From positions 2,170,001 through 2,234,000 of the forward strand of contig CM026547.1 in assembly GCA_014905635.1 (NCBI GenBank): a stretch of 64,000 bases of DNA, in the 5' to 3' direction. The DNA comes from Scenedesmus sp. PABB004. Its lineage: Eukaryota. A model generated the notes under the pieces. The model made no database searches. It was not told the origin of the DNA and saw nothing but the letters and a program-made list of their open reading frames with translations. Positions 1 through 11,100 of this stretch are shown here, piece after piece (the first letter of the stretch is position 1; each line of letters opens with the position of its first letter). Both the position numbers and the translations under genes were made by a program.

Positions 1-2460
1 CGGCACCGGCTGCCGCAGCACATCGCCGAGGAGGTGCGGCGCGGCGCGCGCTCCGCCGCCGCCGCCCGCGCCTGCCGCCGGGCGGGCGGCCCACCCCGCC
101 CCGCCGCCCCCGCTCTCGACTCCCCGCCCCGGCCCGCCAGATCACGCCCAAAAACATCCTCATGGTGGGCGGCCCGCGCCGTCACCCGGGCTGGGGGGGG
201 GGGGCGCGCCGCGCGCGCGCACGCCGCGCGCCCGCACCCGCGCTGCGCCCAGCTGCCCCCCCCCCCCCTGCCGCAGGTTGGGCCGACCGGGTGCGGCAAG
301 ACCGAGATCGCGCGCCGCCTGGCCAAGCTCGTGGACGCGCCGTTCGTCAAGGTGCGCCGGCGCTGGTTGTGGCTGGCACGGCTGGCGCGCTGCGCGCCGC
401 GGCCGAGGCCGGCCGCTGCTGGTCTCGGGGGCGCGCAGGTTGAGGCCACCAAGTTCACGGAGCTGGGCTTTGTGGGGCGCGACGTCGACGAGGTGGGGGA
501 CGGGCGGCGTGCGGCCGCGGGAGGGGGCGCGCGCGGCGCGGCAGCTGTTGCCGGCGCGGCGCCGGGCGACGCGCGCCCCGCCCCTACACCCCGCACCGCG
601 CTCCCCTTGCCGTCTCGCCCCGCTCAGATCGTGAAGGACTTGGCCGACGCGGCGCTCGCGCTCACGCGCGCGCGCCTGGCCGAGGGCCTGCGCGCCGCGG
701 CGGGCGGCGTCGTGGAGGCGCTGCTGCTGCGCGAGCTCTGCGGCGACAGCCCGGGCATGGTCGAGGCGTTCACGCCCCTCTACCGTGCGGGCGAGCTCGA
801 CGACCGCCTCGTGACGGTGGACCTGGACGCCCTCGGCGACGCGACGGCCGCGGGCCCGGGTGGCCTCGCGAGCCTGGGCGGCCCGGGCGGCCCGCTCGGC
901 GGCGGCGGCGCGCCGCCCGGGGGCGCGCCGGGCGAGGGGCCCGGCGGCGCCGGCGCCGGCGGCGCGGGCGCGGCGGGGCACCCGCTGGGCGCGCTCGCGA
1001 GCGTGATGGAGGCGATGGCGCGCCGTGGCGGCGGCGACGGCGGGCACCGCGGCGGCGGGCACCGCGGCGCGCGGCGGCAGCGCATGCCCATCGCCGAGGC
1101 GCGGCGGCTGCTGCTCGACGCCGAGGTGGAGCGCTGCCTCGCGAGCGACCGCGTGGTGCGCGGCGCGGCGCGGCGCCGCGCGGGCAGCCCGCCAGCCAGC
1201 CGCCGCGGCACGGCGCGGCGCGCGAGCCCTGCCCTGTCCCACGCCGCGCCTGCCGTGCAGGTGCGCGAGGCGCTGCGGTGCGCGGGCGAGGACGGCATCG
1301 TGTTCATTGACGAGATTGTGAGCGGCACCGAGGGGCGCGAGCGGGGGCCGAGGGGCGGGCACGGCCAGGGAGGAGGGGGGCCCTGGCGAACGAGGGGACG
1401 CGGGCAGCCCGGCGCGGCGATGACGCCCCGCGGGGCGTGACCGCGCGCCCCGCCCGCGCCGCGCGCAGGACAAGATCGTCGACGCGAGCCGCGGCGCGGC
1501 GGGCGCGACGAGTGAGGCGGCGCGCGCCGGGCGACGCGCGTGCGCCCCGCGCGCGCCCTCGCCGACGCGCCTCGCCCTCCCCCGCGCGCGCGCGCGCGCG
1601 CAGGCAGCAACGTGAGCAGCGAGGGCGTGCAGCGCGACCTGCTGCCCATCCTGGAGGGCAGCGTCGTGACGACCAAGCACGGCCCCGTGTCGACCGACCA
1701 CGTGCTCTTCATCTGCAGCGGCGCCTTCCACTCGACCAAGCCAGGCGACATGCTCGCCGAGCTGCAGGCGCGCGCGCCAGGCGCCGCGCCGCGCCGCGCA
1801 GCGCGCCGGCCGCGCGCGCGGCGCCGGCGAGACGCGCGGCCGCCGCGCGGCTCACCCGCTGCCGTCGCATGCAGGGGCGGCTGCCGGTGCGCGTCGAGCT
1901 GGCGGGCCTGACGGCGGACGACTTTTTCCGCATCCTCACCGAGCCGGCGCACAACATGCTGCGCCAGGCGGCGGCGCTGCTCGACACGGAGGGCGTCGCG
2001 CTAGCGTTCACCGACGGCGCGGTGCGCGCGATCGCGGACGCCGCGGAGACGGCCAACCGACAGCTCGACAACATCGGCGCGCGGCGCCTGCACACGGTGC
2101 GCGACCGCGCCCGCCGCCTCCCAAGCCGCCGCCGCCGCCGCCGCGCCCGGCCGGGCGGCCGCCCCCTGGCGGCGCTGCCGGCGTCGCGGTGGTGGAGGCG
2201 GCCCGCGGGGCCCACGCGCCGCGCGCCCCCGCCCACGACGCCGCGTGCAGGTGCTGGAGCGCGTGCTGAGTGAGATCAGCTTTGCGGCGCCCGACAAGGC
2301 GCGCGCGGCGCGCGAGGCAGCCCCCGCCGCGGACGGGTCGGGCAGTGACGACGAGCGCGGTGCGCTGCCGGTGCGGTACGAGGTGACGCGGGAGATGGTG
2401 GAGGCGTGCATGGCCGAGGTGCTCAAGCCGAGCTCCGACCTGTCACGCTACCTGCTGTGA
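1..2460 (+). CDS. hslU: HslU/ClpY ATPase subunit of the HslUV protease (multi-exon, 5'-partial)
   Basis: Spliced exons give ITPKNILM (141-164), [18 protein letters not shown] (Walker A, 277-351), [28 protein letters not shown] (Walker B), [35 protein letters not shown] and [18 protein letters not shown] at 2458-2460; the start lies before the window. Confidence 0.95.
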
Positions 2461-2486
2461 CCGCGCTGCGCTGTGTGCGCGGCGCG

Positions 2487-2605
2487 TGCTGCGCGAGCGC
2501 TCATGCTGCGCGAGCGCTCGTGCTGCGCGAGCGCTCATGCTGCGCGAGCGCTCGTGCTGCGCGAGCGCTCATGCTGCGCGAGCGCTCGTGCTGCGCGAGC
2601 GCTCG
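2487..2605. repeat. 17-bp minisatellite, 7 copies of TGCTGCGCGAGCGCTC(A/G)
   Basis: Direct tandem units with no spacers; each contains the palindrome GAGCGCTC. Confidence 0.9.
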
Positions 2606-2914
2606 GGCGAGTAACGAGCGGCGAGCCTGCCGTCCGCGCCCTGGCTCGCGTCACCGCGGCACCCCCGCGGCGTTGCCGCCGCCCCCGAGCTCTCGCGCTC
2701 TCGCGCCGCCGCAGGCTGCCAGGGCAGCCCGGCCGCAATAGCAGCTGGACAGAGTATACAGCTGGCTGGAGAGAGCAGCCAGCGCAATGCTTGTACACAC
2801 GCGCAACCCAGCAGCTCTCGCTCCTGCTCGCTACGGTACAGCGGGCGGCGATGATGGCCCGCCCGACGCCGCGCCGGCCGATGATCGTACACATGTGCAA
2901 GGCCCCCGCCGCCC

Positions 2915-5584
2915 TCAGCACAGCGCCGCCGTGGCGGCGGGCGCCTCGGCCAGCGCGGCCGCGAGGCGGGCGTGGACGGCGGCGTGCAGCCGCGCCGCCG
3001 CGGCGCGCGCGGGCGGCGCGAGGCGCGGGTCGGCGGCCCCAAGCTGCGGCCACTCGCAGGCCAAGAAGAGCAGCAGGTCGGCGGCGAGGCCGTAGCCGGC
3101 GACTGCGGACGCCCAGCACCCCAGCACCTCGTCCGCCGCTGCGCTGCGCGCCGCCTCGAGCGCGGCGCCGTGCAGCACGCCCACGGGGTCGGGCAGCGGC
3201 GCCGCCGCGAGCGAGTCGGACAGCCCGCCGAGGCCGGCGCCCGCGCCGCCGCTGGCGCTGCCGGCGAGGGCGGGCAGGCCGCGCGCAAGGCGCAGCAGCT
3301 CCACCGCGGCGGCCATGAGCTGCTCCAGGTCGGCCTGGCTCGCGGCGGCGAGCACCGACGACACGCCGCCGCCGCCGCCGCCCTCCTGCTCACCGGCGCC
3401 GCCGTCGCCCTGCTCGCCCGGCAGGCAGACCGCGTGCACGAGCTGCAGCGCCAGCAGCATGAGCGCCACCGCCTCGCCCTGCTGCGCGGGCGGCGGGGCC
3501 GCCTCGTTGCCGCCGGCCGCGTCATTGCGGGCCAGCAGCGTGGCACAGCCGCGCACGACCTGCACCAGCAGCTGCGCGCGCTGCGCGTCGGTGGGCGGCT
3601 GCGCTGCGAGGCCCGGGCCGAAGGCGTCGAGCGCCAGGCTGCCGCCGCCGGCGCCCGCAGCCGCGCCGCCGGGCCACAGCCACGCGTCGCCGGGCGGCGC
3701 CGGCCCCGCGGGGGCGAGCTGCGCGGCCGCCGGGTGCGGCTGCTGCTGGCCCAGCCCCTGTGGTGCGGCCGCGCCCGGCCACGCCGGCCGCGCCCCGGCG
3801 CCCTGCAGCACCGCCGCCGCGCGCGGCTCCACCAGGCCGCTGCTGGCCTTGCTGCTGCCGCCGCTGCTGCTGCGAGGCGCCGCGCCGGCGCCGGGCGTGT
3901 GCACCACCACAAAGTCTCCCTCCATCGAGTCGCTCAGCGGCTCGCCCTCGGCGTCGCGCGGCGGCGGCGTGCGGGCGAGCGGGTGCGTGGCTGCCGGCCG
4001 CAGCACCACGCCGCCATGCGGCGGCGGCGGCGGCGCCCGCTGCTGCTGCGGCTGCTGCTGCCAGGGCTGCTGCGCCGGCGGCTGCTGCTGCGGCGGCTGC
4101 TGCTGCAGGTGCAGGCTGGGACGGGGCATGCCGGCGGCGGCCCTGTTATTGACGTCTGCTGCCGCGGCCGCAGCCGTGGCGGCGGCCGCCGCCTGCCGCA
4201 CCGCCGGCGGCAGCGCCGCGGCCGGCGGCGCGTGCGCCACGGGCTGCGACGGTGGCACGCCGGCGGAGGGGCCTGCGGCGCGGCGCGGCGCGGCGCGGGG
4301 GCAGCGGCGTTGAAGCGCGTCCCGGCGCCCGCCCGCCGCGGCCCGCACGCGCGGCCCGCACGCGCGGCAGCGCGCGCACCGGCGCCGCTGGTGAGGAAGG
4401 GGTGGGAGAAGAACTCGTCAAACGTGATGCGCTCCACGGGGTTGCGCTGCAGCAGGCGGCCGAGCAGCGCCTTGCAGGGCGCGCTGAGGTGCGCCGCGAC
4501 CGCGTCGGGCAGGCGCGCCTCGCCGCGCTCGATGTTGCGCAGCAGCTGCATGTGGTTGGACCCGTTGAACGGCGGCCGCCCCACGAGCAGCTCGTAGAGG
4601 ATGGTGCCGATGGACCACAGGTCGGCCTGCGCCGCGGCGGCGGCGCCCGCGCCGCTCGGTCGGCGGCCGCGCTGCGCCGCGCCCCCGGCAACGCCGCCCA
4701 CCGCCCTGCCGCCGCCGCCGCCCCCTGCCGCCGCCGCCTGCCGCCTGTCACCGCCGCGTCAGCGCGCACCTTGGCGTCGTACTTGTGAAACTGCAGGATC
4801 TCTGGCGCCATGTAGAGCGGCGACCCGCACAGCGTCTCGGCGAGGCCCTGCGGCCCCAGGCTGCGTGCAAAGCCAAAGTCGGCGATCTTCAGCAGCGGCG
4901 TCGACGACGCGTCGCTGAGCAGCAGGTTCTGGGGCTTGAGGTCGCGCTGCGGCGGCCGCCCGGGCGGCCGCGTGGGGCGGGGCTGAGCTGCTGGCGCCGC
5001 CGCGCCCGCGGCCGCGGCTGCGGCTGCTGGCGCCGCTGCTGGCAGCGGCATGCTCGACCGCTCCGCGCGCGGGTCCCGCACGTGTATGACGTTGTGCCGG
5101 CGCAGCTCCTTGAGGCCCTCTGCGAGCTGCAGCAGGAAGTAGCGCGCGGTGGCCTCCGACACGGCGCGGTAGCGGCGTATGTAGTGCCCCAGGTCCCCGC
5201 CGGCGCAAAACTCGAGCACGATGAACAGGCGGCTGTGCACCTGCGCCCGCGCGGCAGCGGCGGCGGCGGCGGCCGCAGCGGCGCGCGTCGGCGTGTGCTG
5301 GCGGCGGGCCCTGTGCCGGCGGCGGCCGCGCGGCGGCGGCGGCGGCGGCGCACCCGGATGAGGTCGAGCAGGCACACGATGTTGGCGTGCTTCGTGTGGT
5401 TGAGCACCGCCACCTCGGAGGCCAGGCTCTCCTGCAGCTTCTTGTTGAGCTTGTCCATGTTGATCTCCTTCACCGCCGCCACCTGCCCGCTGCTGCGGTG
5501 CCGCGCGCGCCAGACCTTGGCAAAGCTGCCGGCGCCGACCTCCGCCTCCAGAATCCAGTCCCCCGCCTCGCGCTGGGGCTCCAT
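2915..5584 (-). CDS. ATG1: ATG1/ULK-family autophagy Ser/Thr kinase (multi-exon)
   Basis: MEPQ...[84 protein letters not shown]. Also an AIM-like [10 protein letters not shown] and a plant ATG1-type C-terminal region ([26 protein letters not shown]...LLLFLACE). ATG at 5584-5582, TGA at 2917-2915. Confidence 0.92.
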
Positions 5585-5790
5585 GACGGCACCCCGCCTC
5601 AACCGGCACCCGCCTCAACCGACGCCCATGCCGCGCGGGGCAGCCCGGCTTGTCCCGATGCTGTGCCCAGGCGGATGGCCGGGGCGGGCGCCCGGGGCGC
5701 GCAGCGGGCACCCAGGGACGGTGCCGGTACCGAGTGGCAGCGCCCGGGCTGGGGCGGGTTGGGGAAAAGGGCAACGGGGAGCGCGAGGGG

Positions 5791-5906
5791 CGGCCGTCCT
5801 TGTGGTCCTTCTGCCTGTTCAGGAACCAGTCGGGGATCTTGTACTGGCGCGGGTTGGCCACGATCGTCATCAGCTGCTCCAGCTCCTCAGCGGACAGCTC
5901 GGCGCG
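5791..5906 (-). pseudogene. RPS18: Isolated internal fragment of 40S ribosomal protein S18 (uS13)
   Basis: Translates [39 protein letters not shown], the recognisable middle of eukaryotic RPS18. No other RPS18 exons are visible on either side. Confidence 0.85.
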
Positions 5907-6089
5907 TGTTCGACCGCTGCTAGCGTGCTCCCCGGCCTCGCTACCGCCGTGGGAGCGCCGGCCGGTGGTCTCAACACCGGCTGCTGGGGGGATGGGGGCT
6001 GCCGGGGCGCCCCGGGGGGCGCCCCGGCGCCGCGGGCGCGCGGCGCGCGTGCGCGGCGCTGCCACCGCCGCGCGCGCGCGCCGCCGCCG

Positions 6090-6336
6090 CCAACACCGAC
6101 CATGGGCATCCTCTGATCGCCGGCCGCCTGAAACAGGCCACAGCGGCGCGAGGCATGACGGTTTGGGACCGGCCCGTCGGTCGGTGCCCCGCGAGGGGTC
6201 CGCCCCACCCGGAACGGGTGACAAGGCGAGAAACGCACGCGCACACGCCTGACCTAACCTGGCAACACAACACAACAGCAAGAGGCCTTTTAACGTCCTG
6301 CCCAGGACGGAGAGCGCAGCGCACCGCACACGCCGC
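6090..6336 (-). ncRNA. Candidate Fanzor omegaRNA scaffold
   Basis: Directly 3' of the Fanzor stop and less GC-rich than its surroundings. Complementary pairs: hairpins at 6294-6309, 6206-6220 and 6187-6198; 6094-6101/6179-6186 (8 bp) enclosing 6157-6161/6174-6178, 6118-6122/6144-6148 and 6126-6138. Function is inferred from position only. Confidence 0.45.
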
Positions 6337-8143
6337 TCACGCCCGGGGGTCCACCGCGGCGGCGGCCGCCTGCCGGAACGCGCCGGCGAGGCGCGCGCCG
6401 CCCGCCGTGCCGCGGCCGCCGCGCAGCAACTCGTGCAGCGTGAGCGCGCAGATGTTGCGCGCCGCGTTGTCGTCGCGCGGCGCGACGACCGTGCACCCGG
6501 GGCACTGCACCAGACCATAGATGCCCCGCAGCTTCTCCACGCGCGCCCCGCAGACAGAGCAGGTGACGCTCGTGCGGTGCTCGTCCATGAGCACCGCGGC
6601 GACGCGCCGGCGCGCATAATAAGTGCGCAGCAGCGCCAGCAGCGCCTGCCGCGGCGGCCCCGGCCCCGAGATGCAGCCCCCCATGCCCAGGCTGGCGTCC
6701 CCGATGCCCAGCACCACCGCGGGCAGGTCGGCGGGCAGGCGCGCGTGCTGCCGGACGCGCCCGCGCACAAAGACCCGGCCGTATGCAGTCAACTGAATCA
6801 CGGCATGCAGCGCGCGCTGCTTCAGCCCGTGCTTCCGCAGCCGCCACGCACACTCTGCACGGCACGCAAGCAAGCTACATGCGAATGCATTGTCCAACAC
6901 ATGATGCACCCGGCCGTTGCGCCACGCCCCGGCGGCGGCGACGCTCGTGCCCGAGTAGGCAGGCACGCGGTTCAGGCAGGCATGCACGCAGTCGCCGCCG
7001 CCGGGCGGGCGGCGGTCGTACCGCCCCGGCCGCCCCGGCCGCCCCTGCTGCCACAGGCGGTGCCGCTCGATCCCGCGCGAGTCGCGGTGCGCGGCGGTCT
7101 TTATTCGGATGATGCGCTCCGCCTCGTAGCGGCGGCCGTGGTCGCCGCGGTGGCGCGGCGCGTTGGGGCAGCGCCGCTGCGCGATGCGGCGGTGCGCGAC
7201 GCGCGTGCAGCCCGGGCCCTGCCGCCAAGTCGCGGCACAAACCATGCGGGCCCGGCCCGGGTCGACTCCGACGACGCGCACGCCCGCGTGCACGGCCGCG
7301 GCCGCGCCGCGCAGCGCGTGCCCCGGCGGCAGGCCCTCCACGCCGCGCAGCTCGCACGGGTCGAGCGGCAGCGCGTCGAGCGCCGCCTCGTCGGCCACGC
7401 CGTGCGGCGCCAGCGCGTCACAGAGCAGCCGCCGCGCTGCCGCCGCGCCCGCGCGGTGCTCTGCCGCGCGCTGCGCCGCCTTGGCGGCGCGCGACTGCTG
7501 GCCGCGGGGCGGGGCGGGGTCGGTGGCGCCCTCAACGCGCACGCGCACGTGCAGCGCCGCCAAATCAAACGTCACCGAGCCCGCGAAGCGCGTGTTGGCG
7601 TGCAGCACGCCGCGCGCGCGCCCGGGGCGCCGGCCAAAATGAAAACATTCATCCCAAACGGGATCGTAGCCCCCGCCCTCTTGGGTCGGCGGTGGCGGCG
7701 GCGGCGGCGGCTGGCCTGCCGGCTGGCCCCCCGCGGGCGCCTTCGCCTGGGGCGCGCGCAGCGCAACATCCAGCGCCTGCATGCCCGAGGTGGACAGGTG
7801 CAGGTGCTGGGTGCCGTACTTGGGCACCGGCGCCAGCGTGAAGGCGCGCCGCTTGGGCAGCGCCACGCGCGCGGCGTGCCGCGAGCGCAGGCCGCGCAGC
7901 ACCTTGCACGCGCCCGTGACCGCGACGAGCGCGTCGGGGTGCTGCCCCGCGCCGCCGGCGCGCTGCGGCGGCTGCCCGCCGCCGCTGCGGCCGCCGGGCG
8001 GCGCCGGCGCCGCGCCGGCCGCGGTCGCCGCAGCCAGCACCGCCTCGAGCGTCGCGCACACCGCGTGGCGCCAGCCGGCCGAGACATCGCGACGCAGCGC
8101 CGCGACAGCCGCCGCCGCCTCCTCGGGCGTGCGCGGCGCGGGC

Positions 8144-8179
<36 letters not shown>

Positions 8180-11100
8180 TGCTGGGCCGGCGGCGCCGGC
8201 GCAGCGCGACCCTGCGCGGCCGCTGCGGCGGCCAGGTGGCCGCGCGCGGCCGCCAGGTGGCCGCGCGCTGCCGCCAGTCGGGCGCCGCAGTCGCCCAGCA
8301 GCCGCGCGCCCTGGTCGCGCGCGGCGCGCGCGGCGTCCGCCGTGCGGCGGGCCGCGTCCGCGTCGGGCGCCGCCGCCGCGCCGTGCGGTCGCGCGAAGCG
8401 CCGCTGGTGCTGCACGAGCGCCGCGTCGCGCTCGTGGTGCTGCGCCATGGCAGCCTGCCACTCCGCCTCCACGGCTGCGAGGTCGGCCCCCACCGTCGCG
8501 TCGCCGGCGGCGGTCAGCGCGGCCAGCGCCAGCCGCAGCCGCTCCGCGGCCGCGGCCGGCAGCGCCGCGCCCGGCCCTGGCCCGGCGCCGCGCCCGGCGC
8601 GGCGCCTTGCCCCCGGGCGCGGAGCAGCCGCGCCTCCGCGACGGCCAGCCGGCGCCGGAGCGCCGCCGCGTGCGCGTCCTTGCGCTGCAGGCGGCGCAGC
8701 CGGTTGCGCGCGTGGTCGGGCGGGCCCGTCATACCTCCCTGGACCGCAGCGCGGCTGGCGACCTCCCGCTGCAGGTCCTTGAGGGGTTCCTTGCGCAGAC
8801 GCACGGCCGCCTCGCTGGCATCCACGGCGGCGCGCAGGCGCTGCACCGCCGCCTCGAGCTTGCCCAGCTCGCGCGCCCGCTGCAGCTCGCGCAGGCGCGG
8901 CTCCTGGGCGCTGGCGTCCAGCAGCTTGGGGGGCGCCGGCGGACGCTGGCCGCGGCTGCGGCTGCTGCTGCTGCTGCCGCTGCCGCTGCGCCCGCTGCTG
9001 CCGTCCATCGCCTCTGCCAGCGACTCGACGGCCGCCGCGAGCGCGCCGGCCGACGCCGGCTCCGGGGCCGCCCCGAGCGACGCGGCGCGGCGCAGCATCG
9101 CCTCCAGCGCCGGCCGCGCCGCCGCGCCCTGCTGGGCTGCCAGCGAGTCCGCGAGCCGCGGCGCGCAGGCAGCAAACATGTGCTGCTGGCCGAGCATGAC
9201 GACAAAGTCGCGCGCGACGCGGCGCGCCATGGCGTCGGCGTCGCCCTCCCGGTACGCCAGGCCCTCGAGCTGCCGGGCCAGCGCCGCGCGCCAGGCGTCG
9301 TAGGCCGCGTCGTGCTGCTGCCGCGCCGCCGCGCCCGCGCCGTGCGCCAGCGGCTCCGGCGGCTGCGGCACGAGCGGCGCGCCCCCTGCCTGCGCGCCCG
9401 CGTCCGGCGCGCGCGGCATGCCGCTCCGCGCCCAGTCGAGCACGCGGCCGTGCTTGCCGGCCGCCTCGTCCGACTCCCAGCGCTGCAGGCCGGGCGTCGC
9501 CTGCGCCCCTGCCGCCTGGCGCGGGCGCGCGCGCCGCCTCGCCGTCCGCCGCCGGGAAGGGCTGCTCCAGGTGCAGGCGCATCCGCGCGAGCATGTCGCG
9601 CATCATCGCCATGGCCAGCCGCAGCCGGCCGGCGTCCTGGCCGTCGCCCGCCGCCGCGGGCACCACGCCCTCGCCCGGCTGCAGCACGCCCTGGCGCTCC
9701 CAGAGCAGCGGCGACGCGCTGTACAGCAGCGCCGCGCCGCCGGCGATGAGGCAGTCGCGCGCGGCGCGGCTGGGCGTGCCGGCGCAGCCCGCGGCAAACC
9801 ACGCCTGCAGGGCGGCGGCGTCGAGCGCCTTCTCCAGGCGCTCGCCGTCGGCGAGGTGGAGCTGCAGGTTGGTGTTGTACAGCTCCGCGAGAGGGTTGAC
9901 GAGGTCGTGGTGCAGGCGGCCTGTGACCCAGGCCGGCAGGGGCACGCGCTGCAGCTCGTTGACGCCGCAGGCCTGCTCCAGCGCATGGCGCAGGTCGCTG
10001 GACAGGCCGCCGCCAACGCGCCGCCAGTTGCCCTGGCTAAAAAAGTTGATTAGGTCGTACACGAGCGGCGCGCCGCCGCACGCGGCCTGCAGGTAGCAGG
10101 CGCACGCGGGCGGCGGCGGCGCCGGCTGCTGGGCCTGCTGCGCTGCAGGCGGGGGCTGGGGCTGCTGCGGGCCCTGCTCCTGCGCCGCCGGCTGCGGCGG
10201 CGGCTGGCGCGTGTCCAGCCCGTACAGCCGGCTGCGCAGCGGGCGGGCGGGCGGGCGGGCGGCGCGACTCGGCGGGCGGCGCGGAGGAGGGGGCGCAAAG
10301 CGCGCGGGCGCGCCCCACCCGCGCGCGCGCGCACCTCGCCCCATACACGAGCGCCACGTGGTGCGCGTCGCGGCCGAGGATGCCCAGCCGGCTGTAGGCG
10401 CACACGAGCGCCTCGAGGTAGGGGACCACCTCTGGCTTGCGCACGGCGCCGCGCAGCGCGCAGACGCGCACGCCTGAGGCGGGCGGGCGGGCGGGCGGGC
10501 GAGGGCAGGTGAGGGGGGCGCGGGCAGGGCGCGGGGCGGCGGCGGCGCTGGGTGCCGAGAGAGCGGCCCGGCGGCCCGGCAGCGCGCCGCGCGGCGGGCA
10601 CACTCACGCATGCCAGAGCCGGCCGCTGCCTTTTTGGCCTGCTCGGTCCGTTTCTTGCTGCGCTTGGTGAAGTGGCGCGGCAGCGCCTGCTGCTGCTGCC
10701 GCCCTGCCTTGTCGCCCGCCTCGGCCGCCGCTGCACCGCGCGCGGGCGAGGCACGCCCCGACGCCTCGTCGGCGCCGCGCGAGCGCTTGCGGCGGCCGCG
10801 CGGCGCCGCCGCCGCGCCGCCGCGCGAGCGCGCGCGGCCGCCGCCGCGCGAGGGCGTGCGGCCGCCGCGCGTCGCGGCCTTGGCGCTGCCGCGCGAGCGC
10901 GCGCGGCCGCGGCCGCGGCTGCGGCGCTGCGCCGCGTCGGCGCCACGCGCGCGCTTCGCCGCCGGGCCGCCCTCCTCCTCATCGCTGCTGGCCGCGGCGC
11001 TGCCGGCGGACCAGCCGACGCTGGCGGCGGGCGCCGAGAGCACCGCCGCCATCGCCGCCGCGCGGGCGGCCTCGCCGCGGGCCTGCGCGTGGCGGCGCAG

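Noticed and set aside
1..2460. HslU as bacterial contamination or recent HGT
   Set aside because: It is interrupted by many host-type spliceosomal introns, and organellar HslUV is known in some eukaryotes including green algae.
2487..2605. CRISPR array
   Set aside because: Units are contiguous with no unique spacers, no cas genes are present, and the context is eukaryotic.
4146..6770. 874-aa ORF as an RPS18-ATG1 fusion protein
   Set aside because: GC-rich read-through joins the RPS18 fragment to some ATG1 exons by chance; ATG1 has its own ATG at 5584 in another frame.
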